Below are positions 1 to 9,518 of a stretch of DNA of 64,000 bases, one piece after another (positions within the stretch are counted from its first letter, which is position 1; each line of letters opens with the position of its first letter). The notes below the pieces were generated by a model. It searched no databases and had not been told where the DNA came from. It saw nothing but the letters and a program-made list of their open reading frames with translations. A program made the translations under genes and the position numbers. Source of the DNA: a virus (taxonomy: Duplodnaviria; Caudoviricetes); the IMG/VR virus record IMGVR_UViG_3300037603_000132, positions 708-64,707 of that record. One strand, 5' to 3'.

Positions 1-520
1 CACCAGCGGGCAGCAGACCCGGGCGGCGTTGCTGCTTTCGGCCTACACCTTCCTGCGCTCGCGGGAGTTGCGCGGCGCGCGCTGGCCCGAGATCGACTTC
101 GACGCCGCACTCTGGACCGTGCCCCGCGACCGGATGAAGGGGAAGGTGGGGGATCACCTCGTTCCGCTGTCCCGCCAGGCGCTCGACATCTTCAAGGCGC
201 TGCACCTGACCCGGGGCGACAACGATCTCGTGTTCCCGATGCCCAGCTACCCGGATCGCTACATGAGCGAGAACACCTTGAACGCGGCGCTGCGGCGGCT
301 CGGTTACGACACGCGGAAGGATCACAGCCACCACGGATTCAGGACGACCTTCTCAACCAACATGAACGAGCAGGGCTGGAACCGGGACTGGATCGAGCGG
401 CAGCTTGCGCACACCAGCAAGGACGACGTGCGGGCCTCTTACAACAAGGCGCTCTATCTCGATGGGCGGACGGAGATGATGCAGCATTACGCGGACTGGC
501 TCGACGGCCTGGCGGCGTAA
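1..520 (+). CDS. Tyrosine integrase, P4-like (C-terminal part, 5'-truncated by the window)
   Basis: Catalytic motifs RSRE, HGFR, LAH and the SYNK tyrosine; ERQLAH typical of tRNA-targeting P4-like integrases. Confidence 0.93.
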   Translation, partial: TSGQQTRAALLLSAYTFLRSRELRGARWPEIDFDAALWTVPRDRMKGKVGDHLVPLSRQALDIFKALHLTRGDNDLVFPMPSYPDRYMSENTLNAALRRLGYDTRKDHSHHGFRTTFSTNMNEQGWNRDWIERQLAHTSKDDVRASYNKALYLDGRTEMMQHYADWLDGLAA

Positions 521-637
521 GGAAGTGCGGGGAGCCAGGTATAGGGAGGAGCGACAACAACCCGGCCCCCGCGATCCCGCATAGGACTATCTGCACCATC
601 GCACGTTTCTGCGTGTCAATCAACTTTTGGTTTGCAA

Positions 638-654
638 ATCACCTATCGGGTGAA
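638..654. promoter_or_regulatory. Operator TCACC-N5-GGTGA upstream of alpA/terS
   Basis: atcacc-tatcg-ggtgaa. Confidence 0.65.
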
Positions 655-687
655 ATATGCTGGCGGTGAGCCAAAGAGAGTCACCGC

Positions 688-927
688 ATGTCACCCCATG
701 ACCCCCAAAGCCCAGCCGGAGAGAGCCGCCCGGCTCGTCGGCTGCTCAAGATGGGCGAGGTCGAACATCGCGTGGGCCTCGATAAGCGCACGATCCACCG
801 GAAGGTGAAGGCCGAATCGTTCCCCAAGCCGGTCCCGCTGGGCGACCGCCGGATAGGCTTCTTGGAGCATGAGATCGAGGCGTGGATCGACGCGCGGATT
901 TCCGAGCGCGACGGGGGCGCTGCATGA
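688..927 (+). CDS. AlpA-family excisionase / transcriptional regulator
   Basis: LLKMGEVEHRVGLDKRTIHRKVKAESFPKPVPLGDRRIGFLEHEIEAWI matches the AlpA pattern; adjacent to the integrase. Confidence 0.88.
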   Translation: MSPHDPQSPAGESRPARRLLKMGEVEHRVGLDKRTIHRKVKAESFPKPVPLGDRRIGFLEHEIEAWIDARISERDGGAA

Positions 928-1757
928 GCGACGAATTTGACGATCTGCTCGGGCCTGCCCCGGTCGATTTCACCGAAGAGGAATACCAGAAGGCCGTCCA
1001 GGTCGTTCGCTCGAACCGGCGCGCGGCCACGTCCTTCGTGCAGCGCAAGCTGGGGATCGGCTACAACCGCGCCCACCAGATGATCGAGCGCATGGAGGCC
1101 GAGGGCGTCGTCGGCAAGCCGGACAATCGCGGCAAGCGCGAGATTCTGGGCGACGACGGGGAACCGCCCGCCGCGTCCTTCGCCAAGCCCGGCAAGCCCT
1201 CGCACGGCACCGACGCGGCAGTCGTCCAGGCGCTCCTGCGGCCCGTCTCGATCTCCTTCTTGGCCGACGTGCTGATGAAGGATCGCAAGAGCGTCACCAA
1301 GCGCCTCGCCAACCTGACCCCGATGGGCTACCACCGGGGCAACATCCCCCTCTACGACTTCCGGCAGGCGATGGGGTACCTCGTCACGCCGAAGATGGAT
1401 GCCGCCGAGGCGATCCGAAAGATGGGCGCGGACGATCTCCCGATTGGCCTCCAGAAGGATGTCTGGGACGCCCGGCTCAAGCAACAGAAGTGGATGGAGC
1501 AGGCGGGCGAACTCTGGCGGACGGAGGCCGTGCTGGAGGTCCTGGGTGAGGCGTTCCAGCGCCTCAAGACGACAACCCAGCTTTGGATCGACCAACTGTC
1601 GGAGTCCCACGCGCTGCCCGCCGATGTCCGCAAGGACCTGACCGCGATGGTTGACGGGTTGCAGCAGGACCTCCACGCCACCCTGGTCGAGATGCCGAAG
1701 GAGCGGGCGACGACGAACCAGCTTGCGGAGATCGAGGGGACGGACCTCGATGTTTAA
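924..1757 (+). CDS. Terminase small subunit (DUF1441/Nu1-like) with an N-terminal FtsK gamma domain
   Basis: N-terminus YQKAVQVVRSNRRAATSFVQRKLGIGYNRAHQMIERMEAEGVVG is FtsK-gamma-like; C-terminal GELWRTEAVLEVLGEAF segment is DUF1441-like; directly upstream of TerL. Start taken at ATG 924, overlapping the alpA stop. Confidence 0.8.
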   Translation: MSDEFDDLLGPAPVDFTEEEYQKAVQVVRSNRRAATSFVQRKLGIGYNRAHQMIERMEAEGVVGKPDNRGKREILGDDGEPPAASFAKPGKPSHGTDAAVVQALLRPVSISFLADVLMKDRKSVTKRLANLTPMGYHRGNIPLYDFRQAMGYLVTPKMDAAEAIRKMGADDLPIGLQKDVWDARLKQQKWMEQAGELWRTEAVLEVLGEAFQRLKTTTQLWIDQLSESHALPADVRKDLTAMVDGLQQDLHATLVEMPKERATTNQLAEIEGTDLDV

Positions 1758-1866
1758 GCGCCTCGTCTGCCAAGTGTTCCACTCCCGATACGCGATGTTC
1801 ATGGGGCTGTCCTCAGCGACCAAGGCCCCGATGTACCGCTGCCGAAAGTGCCGGAGGCGGTTCTGA
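1750..1866 (+). CDS. Small Cys/His-containing hypothetical protein (38 aa)
   Basis: MFKRLVCQVFHSRY...YRCRKCRRRF; overlaps the terS stop and the terL start. Confidence 0.45.
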   Translation: MFKRLVCQVFHSRYAMFMGLSSATKAPMYRCRKCRRRF

Positions 1867-3947
1867 TGGGGAAGTTCACGACCCTGGAGGAGATGATCCT
1901 GGCGACCGCCGAGGCCGTGCGCCCGCCGGAGCGCCTGACCGTGGCCCAGGCCGCCGAGAAGTACCGCTTCATCAACAACCCCGGCAGCTACGTCGGGAGG
2001 TACAAGAACAGCACCACGCCCTACCTCGTGGAGCCGATGGAGATGCTGACCTCCCTCGACTTCACGCAGATGGTGTTCGTCGGCCCCGCACAGTGCGGCA
2101 AGTCGGATATGTCGCTCAACTGGACGACCTACAGCACGATCTGCGACCCGGCGGACATGATGCACATCGACAAGAGCCAAGCGTCCGCGCGCGACTGGTA
2201 TCAGCGCCGGATCGAGAAGCTGTTCCGCGACAACCCGGAGGTGCGGAACCGGCTGCTGCCGGGTAAGCACAACCAAAGCACCTACTCCAGCCGCTTCACC
2301 TCCGGGATGCTCTACACCCTGTCTTGGCCGACCGTGAACGAACTGAGCGGTAAGCCCCTCGGGCGGCTCTGGCTCGCGGACTACGACCGGATGGACGAGG
2401 ACGTGGGCGGCGAAGGTTCGCCCTTCGACCTGGCCGTGCAGCGCATGAAAACCTTCGGGCGCTTCGGCATGTGCGCGGCGGAGTCCTCGCCCTCCAGGAT
2501 CACCGAGAACAGCCGGTGGATGCCCAAGACGCCGCACGAGGCCCCGCCCACGACCGGAATCCTCGCTCTCTACAACCGGGGCGACCGGCGGCGCTGGTAC
2601 TGGCCCTGCCTCGCCTGCGGGACCCCGTTCGAGCCGTGCTTTACCCTGTTCGAGTGGCCGGACTGCGAGGACATGCTGGAGGCTGCCGAGCAGGTCGTGA
2701 TGCCGTGCCCCCATTGCGGCCACAAGTACCGGGACGCGGCCCACGAGGAGAGCGGGACGCCCGGCAAGCGCGGCATGAACCAGCGCGGCTTCTGGCTGCG
2801 CGACGGCGAGAAGTTCGACCCCGAGACCGGCGAGATCACCGGGACCCCGATCAGGTCGCGGATGGCGTCGTTCTGGTTGAAGGGTCCGGCGGCAGCCTTC
2901 GCGGACTGGACGGACATGACGCTCAAGTACATCAAAGCGGTGGCGGAGTTCGAGGCGACCGGATCGGAAGAGGCCCTGAAAACGACGGTCAACACCGACC
3001 AGGGCCTCCCCTATCTCCCGGCGGGGCTGGAATCCGAGCGGCTGCCGGAGGAGTTGAAGGCGCGGGCACAGGGCAGCCTGGGCGAGCGCGTGGTCCCGGC
3101 GGACGTGCGGTTCCTGATCGCCACGGTGGACACGCAGAAGAGCCGGTTCGAGGTCCAAATCCACGGCGTCCGGCCCCACGGCGACATCGTTGTGATCGAC
3201 CGCTTCAAGATCAGGAAGTCCGAGCGGCTGGACGAGGACGGCGACCCGCTGCCGCTCAACCCCGGCTCCTACGTCGAGGACTGGCACCTCCTCGTGGATC
3301 GGGTGCTGATGGCCGAGTACCTGCTGGACGACGACTCCGGGCGGCACATGCAGATCAGGATGCTCGCGGTCGACTCCGGCGGCGCGGTCGGCGTGACCTC
3401 GAACGCCTACGACTTCTGGCTCTCCCTGCGCGCGGACGGACGGAACCTCCACCGCCGGGTGCTGCTGCTGAAAGGTGACGGGCGGCCCACGGCCCCGCTC
3501 GTGCAGATCGGCTACCCGAACGCGGAGCGGAAAGACCGGCGCGCCTCGGCCCGGGGCGAGGTCCCCGTGATGATGATTAACACCAACGCCGCGAAGGACA
3601 TGGTGAACAACATGCTGGGCCGGACGGACCCGGGTGGCGGCATGGTGTTCTTCCCCGAGTGGCTGCCGGACTGGTGGTACAGCGAACTCTGCGCCGAGAC
3701 CAAGACGGCGAAGGGCTGGGTGAACCCCGGCAAGCAGCGCAACGAGGCGTGGGACCTCATGGTCTACTGCATGGCCCTGTGCCACTCCAGCCGAATCAGG
3801 CTCCAGCACATCGACTGGTCGAACCCGCCCGGCTGGGCGCAGGAGTGGGACCAGAACGACCTTGTGTTCGCGGGTCCAAACAAAGGGTTTGATATTCACC
3901 CGAAAAGTGAATATGATCTATCGAAACTGGCCGAGCAGCTAGGCTAA
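1866..3947 (+). CDS. Terminase large subunit, lambda gpA family
   Basis: Walker A GPAQCGKS, LADYDRM Walker B, CPHCG zinc motif, ATVDTQ nuclease motif, RNEAWDLMVY. Confidence 0.95.
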   Translation: MGKFTTLEEMILATAEAVRPPERLTVAQAAEKYRFINNPGSYVGRYKNSTTPYLVEPMEMLTSLDFTQMVFVGPAQCGKSDMSLNWTTYSTICDPADMMHIDKSQASARDWYQRRIEKLFRDNPEVRNRLLPGKHNQSTYSSRFTSGMLYTLSWPTVNELSGKPLGRLWLADYDRMDEDVGGEGSPFDLAVQRMKTFGRFGMCAAESSPSRITENSRWMPKTPHEAPPTTGILALYNRGDRRRWYWPCLACGTPFEPCFTLFEWPDCEDMLEAAEQVVMPCPHCGHKYRDAAHEESGTPGKRGMNQRGFWLRDGEKFDPETGEITGTPIRSRMASFWLKGPAAAFADWTDMTLKYIKAVAEFEATGSEEALKTTVNTDQGLPYLPAGLESERLPEELKARAQGSLGERVVPADVRFLIATVDTQKSRFEVQIHGVRPHGDIVVIDRFKIRKSERLDEDGDPLPLNPGSYVEDWHLLVDRVLMAEYLLDDDSGRHMQIRMLAVDSGGAVGVTSNAYDFWLSLRADGRNLHRRVLLLKGDGRPTAPLVQIGYPNAERKDRRASARGEVPVMMINTNAAKDMVNNMLGRTDPGGGMVFFPEWLPDWWYSELCAETKTAKGWVNPGKQRNEAWDLMVYCMALCHSSRIRLQHIDWSNPPGWAQEWDQNDLVFAGPNKGFDIHPKSEYDLSKLAEQLG

Positions 3948-3958
3948 GGGGGCAGACT

Positions 3959-4168
3959 TTGACCGCAGAAGAGAAATTGGCAGACGCCAAGCATCAGCTT
4001 CACCTCCTGGTCACGGGCCAGCAGGCCCGCGTGTTTGTCGATCAGAACGGCGAGCGCGTCGAGTACACCTCCGCCAACCGCGCCGACCTGCGCAAGTACA
4101 TCGAATCCCTCAAGGCCGAGATCGCGGGCGCTACCGGCGTCACCGGCCCGATGCGCGTGTGGTTCTGA
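3959..4168 (+). CDS. Head-tail joining protein, gpW family
   Basis: 69 aa between terL and portal; GERVEYTSANRADLRKYI pattern. Confidence 0.85.
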   Translation: MTAEEKLADAKHQLHLLVTGQQARVFVDQNGERVEYTSANRADLRKYIESLKAEIAGATGVTGPMRVWF

Positions 4169-4169
4169 C

Positions 4170-5819
4170 ATGACTATGACCGTCAAACCCGCCAATCTCT
4201 CCGTTGACGAACTGCTGGGGCCTGCCCCGGCGGAGACCGCCATGGTGGGCGGGGCCTTCGACGCGGCCAGCCGCAACGAAAAGACCCTGAGTTCCTGGCA
4301 GCCGGTCCTCAACTCCGCCGACGTGGACCTGATCCCCGCGAAGGAAAGCCTGGACGCGCGCTCGCGGGACTCCCTGCGCAATGACGCCTACGTTCGCGGC
4401 GGCGCGCAAATCCACCAGGACAGCATTGTCGGCGGCCTCTACGCGCTCAACGCCAAGCCGCTCGTCAAGCTGCTCGGCCCCGGGTTCGATGAAACCTGGG
4501 CGGAGGAGTTCCAGGAAGAGGCCGAGGATCGGTTCACGCTCTACGCGGAAAGCCCGGACTGCTGGCTCGACGCTGGCCGCACCAAGACGCTGACCGAGAT
4601 GGTCCGCCTCGCCGTTGGCGTCCACGTCGCGGCGGGCGAGGTGCTGGCCTCCGCCGAGTGGATGCGCGGCGGCTTCGGGCGGCCCTTCAACACGGCGCTC
4701 CAGTTCATCGACACCGACCGTCTGTCCAACCCGCCCGAGAAGGCGATGGACCCCAACGTGATCGCGGGGGTCGAGAAGGACAAGTACGGCGCGCCCCTCC
4801 GCTACTACGTCCGGGTCGAGCATCCTTCCGACTTCCACAAGCCGGACAACTACCGCTGGCGCACCGTGGCGGCCCGCAAGCCGTGGGGTCGTCCGATGAT
4901 GATCCACCTGTTCGAGCAGATGCGGCCCGACCAGACGCGCGGCGTGGCCGAGATGGTCACGGCCCTCAAAGAGATGCGGATCACCAAGCAGTTCCGCGAC
5001 GTGACGCTCCAGAACGCCGTGGTCAACGCGACCTACGCGGCCTCCATCGAGTCCGACCTGCCGAGCGCCGAGGTGTTCGCGCAGCTTGGCGGATCGGACA
5101 ACATCCCGGAGGCGATGCAGCAGTACATCGCGGGATACCTCGGTCAGATCAGCCAGTATTCCGGCGGCGCGCGGAACCTGCAACTCAACGGCGTGAAGAT
5201 TCCGCACCTCTACCCGGGGACCAAGCTGAACCTGCACCCGGCAGGCAAGGGCGGCCCGCTCGGCCAGGAGTTCGAGCAGAGCCTTCTCCGCTACATCGCG
5301 GCCTCCCTCGGCGTCTCCTACGAGCAGCTTTCGCGCGACTATTCGCAGACCAACTACTCCAGCGCCCGGGCGGCCATGGCCGAGACCTGGAAGCGGATGA
5401 ACGTGGTCAAGCGCCAGGTCGCGGATCGCTTCGCCACCATCGCCTACCGGCTGTGGCTGGAGGAGGCGATCAACAAGGGTGCGATCTCGGCTCTGCCCCG
5501 CGCGGCCCGGCAACGCGGCTGGCTCTACCAGAACCAGCGCCTCGACGCGATCTCCCAATGCGACTGGATCGGCGCATCGAAGGGCCAGATTGACGAACTC
5601 AAAGAGACCCAGGCGGCAGTCCTGCGGCTCCGCTACAACCTCACGACCGAGGAGAGCGAGATCGCCCGCCTCGGCTCCGACTGGCGCGCGGTGAAGCGCC
5701 AGCGCCGCCGGGAGAAACTGATGGACGCAGAACTCGGCCTGGAAGTCGCGGAGGACACCTCCACGCCCGGCGCGGTCGAGCGGGGCGCACAGAAAGAGAG
5801 CGGAGATTCCAATGAATGA
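4170..5819 (+). CDS. Portal protein, lambda gpB family
   Basis: RSRDSLRND, RPDQTRGV, GVSYEQLSRDYSQTNYSSARA motifs. Confidence 0.95.
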   Translation: MTMTVKPANLSVDELLGPAPAETAMVGGAFDAASRNEKTLSSWQPVLNSADVDLIPAKESLDARSRDSLRNDAYVRGGAQIHQDSIVGGLYALNAKPLVKLLGPGFDETWAEEFQEEAEDRFTLYAESPDCWLDAGRTKTLTEMVRLAVGVHVAAGEVLASAEWMRGGFGRPFNTALQFIDTDRLSNPPEKAMDPNVIAGVEKDKYGAPLRYYVRVEHPSDFHKPDNYRWRTVAARKPWGRPMMIHLFEQMRPDQTRGVAEMVTALKEMRITKQFRDVTLQNAVVNATYAASIESDLPSAEVFAQLGGSDNIPEAMQQYIAGYLGQISQYSGGARNLQLNGVKIPHLYPGTKLNLHPAGKGGPLGQEFEQSLLRYIAASLGVSYEQLSRDYSQTNYSSARAAMAETWKRMNVVKRQVADRFATIAYRLWLEEAINKGAISALPRAARQRGWLYQNQRLDAISQCDWIGASKGQIDELKETQAAVLRLRYNLTTEESEIARLGSDWRAVKRQRRREKLMDAELGLEVAEDTSTPGAVERGAQKESGDSNE

Positions 5820-7086
5820 GTTTGCGATGGAGGGCGACCTGCTGATCGCCCCCGAGGCCCACGCCTGGGTCGAGAACCTGCTGACCAAGCTGGGGTCGCC
5901 TGAGTTTGTCCAGGAGTTCACCCAAAAGGTGAAAGCCATGGAGGACGCGGACGGCGAAGATGATTTCTGGGAGCCGGGATTCAGCCTGCGCCCCTACAAC
6001 GTCAAGAACGGCGTCCTGACGATCCCCGTGAAGGGGATGCTGATGGCCGGGCTGACCTACGCCCTCGGCAACTTCGCGACCGGCTACACCTACATCGCCC
6101 GGGCCGTGCTGCGCGGCGTGGACGACTCCGCCGTCAAGGAGATCGTGCTGGAGGTCAACTCGCCCGGCGGCACGGTCCCCGGCCTGTTCGACGCGGTGGA
6201 CACGATCTACGCGGCGCGCGGCAAGAAGCCGATCCGGGCCGTTGCCAACGAAGCGGCCTACTCGGCAGCCTACGCAATCGCCAGCGCGGCGGACGACATC
6301 ACCGTGGCCCGCACGGGCGGCGTCGGCTCGATTGGCGTGATGACCCGGCATGTCGATATGTCGAAGGCGCTGGAGCAGCGCGGCGTGAAGGTCACGGCGA
6401 TCTTCGCGGGCGCTCGCAAGAACGACGGTGCGCCAGACGCGCCGCTGTCGGACGCGGCCAAGGCGCGGATGCAGTCCCGCGTGGACGCTCTGCACGGTAT
6501 TTTCGTCGCCACTGTGGCGCGGAATCGGGACCTGGACGAGCAGGCGGTACGCGATACCGAAGCTGCGACCTTCATGGCCCAAGAAGCCGTCGAGAACGGG
6601 CTGGCCGATGCGGTCGGTCCCCTCGACTCCCTGTCGGCCAATGCCGATCCCTCCGATGAAAATGAGGACGAAGAAATGTCGAACAAGAACGACAACCCGG
6701 CGGTCGATCAGGCCGCACACGATGCTGCTGTCGCCAAGGCCAAGACCGAAGGCGAGAAGGCAGGCGCGTCCGCCGAGCGCGAGCGCGTCAAGGCGATCAT
6801 GGATTCCGAAGAGGCAAAGGCCCGCCCCGCAGCGGCCCGCCACATCGCCATGAACAGCGATATGTCCGTCGAGGACGCTACCGCCTTCCTCAAGGGCCTG
6901 CCCGAGGAAGCCAAGGCCCCCGAGGCCGATGAAGAGGCCAACGGCGGCGACGGCGGCAAGCAGTTCGAGAACGCCATGAACGACACCCAGAACCCGGAAC
7001 TCGGCGCGGGCAACGGCGGCGGCAACGACCAGGACGACGACGATGCGTTCATGGCCTCGTACCGCTCGATGCGCGGCCTGGGCTAA
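5812..7086 (+). CDS. S49 prohead protease with scaffold tail (gpC/Nu3-like)
   Basis: VNSPGG, AYSAAYAIAS, GGVGSIGV motifs; acidic/Ala-rich C-terminal scaffold region. Confidence 0.93.
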   Translation: MNEFAMEGDLLIAPEAHAWVENLLTKLGSPEFVQEFTQKVKAMEDADGEDDFWEPGFSLRPYNVKNGVLTIPVKGMLMAGLTYALGNFATGYTYIARAVLRGVDDSAVKEIVLEVNSPGGTVPGLFDAVDTIYAARGKKPIRAVANEAAYSAAYAIASAADDITVARTGGVGSIGVMTRHVDMSKALEQRGVKVTAIFAGARKNDGAPDAPLSDAAKARMQSRVDALHGIFVATVARNRDLDEQAVRDTEAATFMAQEAVENGLADAVGPLDSLSANADPSDENEDEEMSNKNDNPAVDQAAHDAAVAKAKTEGEKAGASAERERVKAIMDSEEAKARPAAARHIAMNSDMSVEDATAFLKGLPEEAKAPEADEEANGGDGGKQFENAMNDTQNPELGAGNGGGNDQDDDDAFMASYRSMRGLG

Positions 7087-7151
7087 CCCGCCCACGGGGT
7101 CGCGCGCCGCGCGGCCTTGATCCCTGAAACACCATCTTTGGAGAGAAAACG

Positions 7152-7571
7152 ATGGCGACTATCACCCCCCAGAACGACCGCCTGGCTGGCATTGCCGGGC
7201 AGTCTGCCGACACGATCCAGCCGGATCAGGTCGATTTTATCGGCGGCCACTGGCCCGAAGTCGGCGCGGTTGTTGAGACCGTGGCGAACGGCCAAGACCT
7301 CGCGTACCTTCAAGTCGTGGGCTTCGACGGCTCCGGCAACATCGTCGCGGCCAACAACACCACCGTCACCGCTGTCGGCGTCATGCCCTATGCCGTGGAC
7401 GCCACTGGCGGCGCGGTGAAGGCGGAGATTTACCGCTCCGGCAACTTCAAGCCCGAGGCCCTGGTTTGGGACGCAGGCTACGCGACCGACGCCGACAAGG
7501 CGAAGGCGTTTGAAGGTGCGCCCAGCCCCACGCAGATCGTCCTGACCGCCCAGCGGACCATGGTGGTCTAA
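7152..7571 (+). CDS. Head decoration protein (gpD-like)
   Basis: Position before the capsid gene; YRSGNFKPEALVW motif. Confidence 0.85.
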   Translation: MATITPQNDRLAGIAGQSADTIQPDQVDFIGGHWPEVGAVVETVANGQDLAYLQVVGFDGSGNIVAANNTTVTAVGVMPYAVDATGGAVKAEIYRSGNFKPEALVWDAGYATDADKAKAFEGAPSPTQIVLTAQRTMVV

Positions 7572-7610
7572 ACCGCAACCTGGAACCTCGGCCTCGCGGT
7601 CGGACCAACA

Positions 7611-7627
7611 TTCACCTGAAAGGTTAA
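7611..7627. promoter_or_regulatory. Operator upstream of the capsid gene
   Basis: ttcacc-tgaaa-ggttaa. Confidence 0.6.
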
Positions 7628-7629
7628 AA

Positions 7630-8703
7630 ATGACCCTCGACATTTACACCCCGCGCCGCCTGGCGCTGATCCAGCAGGAAGAGAGCCAGACGGTTCGCGC
7701 TTCCCAATGGCTGAATATGTTCTACCCGAACACGTTCAACTCGGACCAGGAACAGATCATGTTCGACAAGATCGACGCCTCGCGCGAGATCGCCCCGTTC
7801 ATGCTTCCGAACCTGCCCGGTAAGCCGATCTACCGCCGCGACGGCGAGCGGATCGAGATGTTCACCCCCGCCTACACCAAGCCCAAGGACTCTGTGGAGC
7901 CGGGCATGGGCATGAAGCGTACCGGGGCCGAACTGGTGGGCCGCACCCCCCAGATGTCGCCCCAAGCGCGGATCGCGGCAGCCGTGGGCGACATCACCCG
8001 CAAGCACATCGACGGCATCGTTCGTCTGTGGGAGTACATGGGCGCGCGCTCCGTCATCGACGGCACGTTCACCGTCCGCTACACCGACAACCCCGCGCAT
8101 GACGTGACTCTGGACTTCGGGCGCGACCCCGGCCACACCATCGTCAAAGGCGCTGGTACGAAGTGGGGCGATGCGGGCGTCAGCGCGTGGGACGACGTGC
8201 AGGAGTGGGTGGACACCGTGTCCGCCGCCGACTACGGCGCGACCCCGACGGACATCTTCATGGGTGCGACCGCCTGGAAGGCGTTCATCGCTGACGCCGA
8301 TGTCCAGAAGCGCCTGGACCGCGACGTGAAGGGCGTTGAGCAGACCATGCTCGACCAGAACCTTATCGTGAAGGACAAGATGCGCCCCTGGACGCTGATG
8401 GGCATGTTCGGCACGATCCGCGTCTGGCTGGTCTCCGGCATCGGCAACACCTTCCAGTCCGGCGGCAACCGCGTGGACATCCTCAAGTCGAACGAGGTGT
8501 TCATCGCCTCTGCGGCTGTGGACGGTGTGCGCGCCTTCGGTGCGATCCGCGACCTGGACTCCCTTGAGGCCGTCGAGATTTTCCCCTCGACCTGGACCGA
8601 GAAGGACCCGAGCCGCCGGTTCCTGATGCACCAGAGCGCGCCTCTGATGATCCCGGTCAACCTCAACGCGACCCTGCGCGCGACTCCGGTCGATCTCCCC
8701 TAA
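7630..8703 (+). CDS. Major capsid protein (gpE family)
   Basis: 357 aa; APFMLP, FTPAYTKPK, HQSAPLMIP motifs. Confidence 0.93.
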   Translation: MTLDIYTPRRLALIQQEESQTVRASQWLNMFYPNTFNSDQEQIMFDKIDASREIAPFMLPNLPGKPIYRRDGERIEMFTPAYTKPKDSVEPGMGMKRTGAELVGRTPQMSPQARIAAAVGDITRKHIDGIVRLWEYMGARSVIDGTFTVRYTDNPAHDVTLDFGRDPGHTIVKGAGTKWGDAGVSAWDDVQEWVDTVSAADYGATPTDIFMGATAWKAFIADADVQKRLDRDVKGVEQTMLDQNLIVKDKMRPWTLMGMFGTIRVWLVSGIGNTFQSGGNRVDILKSNEVFIASAAVDGVRAFGAIRDLDSLEAVEIFPSTWTEKDPSRRFLMHQSAPLMIPVNLNATLRATPVDLP

Positions 8704-8722
8704 GTCGCACTAGCGACCTGAC

Positions 8723-8750
8723 CGCCCCGGCACATCGCCGGGGCGCTTCA
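8723..8750 (+). terminator. Hairpin after the capsid gene (possible terminator)
   Basis: cgccccggc-acatc-gccggggcg stem-loop; weak U tail. Confidence 0.4.
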
Positions 8751-8784
8751 CCATCCCCCGAAACCCATAGCGAGGAGCCGAGAA

Positions 8785-9141
8785 ATGAAGGTTCAAGCAC
8801 GTCACGCCATTATCCGCAAGGAAGGCAAGAAAACGGTCTCCCACCGGCCCAACGACAAGACGAAGGGCATTTTCGAGTGCCCCGACGACGAGGCACAGGG
8901 CTACATCGACATCGGCGCAGCCGTGAAGGTCGAAGAGGCCGAGGCCGCGCCTGCCAAGCCCAAGGCCAAGGGCAAGACTGCCGCCGAGAAGAAGGCGGAG
9001 AAGGAAGCCGCTGACAAGGCTGCCGCCGAGAAGAAGGCCGCCGCCGAGAAGGAAGCCGCTGACAAGGCCGCAGCCGAGAAGGCCGCAGCCGAGAGCGGCA
9101 GCGGTGAGGGCGAAGGCGACGACGAGGAGTTGCTGGGCTAA
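8785..9141 (+). CDS. Ala/Lys/Glu-rich protein at the gpFI position
   Basis: AAEKKA repeats; ends DDEELLG; RBS upstream. Confidence 0.75.
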   Translation: MKVQARHAIIRKEGKKTVSHRPNDKTKGIFECPDDEAQGYIDIGAAVKVEEAEAAPAKPKAKGKTAAEKKAEKEAADKAAAEKKAAAEKEAADKAAAEKAAAESGSGEGEGDDEELLG

Positions 9142-9518
9142 TGTCGATCCGGGACCTCAAGAACCGCTCGCGGCGGACGCTGCACGACGCCTTGGCGGTC
9201 CCGGCGATCTACGTGGACCGGGACACGCGGGCGGAGACGCCTTGCACCGTCCGGGTCCACCATCGCCACGACAAGTTCGGGGACATGACCGGATTCGACT
9301 ACGCCCCGGCGGAGCGGATCACGACGGTCCCCGAACTTATCATCCTCAAGGACGACCTCGCGCCTACCCGGGCCGGGGTGTTCTCCATCGCTTCGGATGA
9401 AGCCTACAAGGTCGAGACCGTTATGCCGCCGGACGGCATTACCGTCACGATCCAGACGACGCGCATGTCGCAGGCCGAGATCGACGCGGAAAGCCTGCCG
9501 GTGCCGGGGGCTGCCTGA
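9141..9518 (+). CDS. Head-tail joining protein (gpFII-like)
   Basis: Synteny and size; coupled start/stop. Confidence 0.7.
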   Translation: MSIRDLKNRSRRTLHDALAVPAIYVDRDTRAETPCTVRVHHRHDKFGDMTGFDYAPAERITTVPELIILKDDLAPTRAGVFSIASDEAYKVETVMPPDGITVTIQTTRMSQAEIDAESLPVPGAA

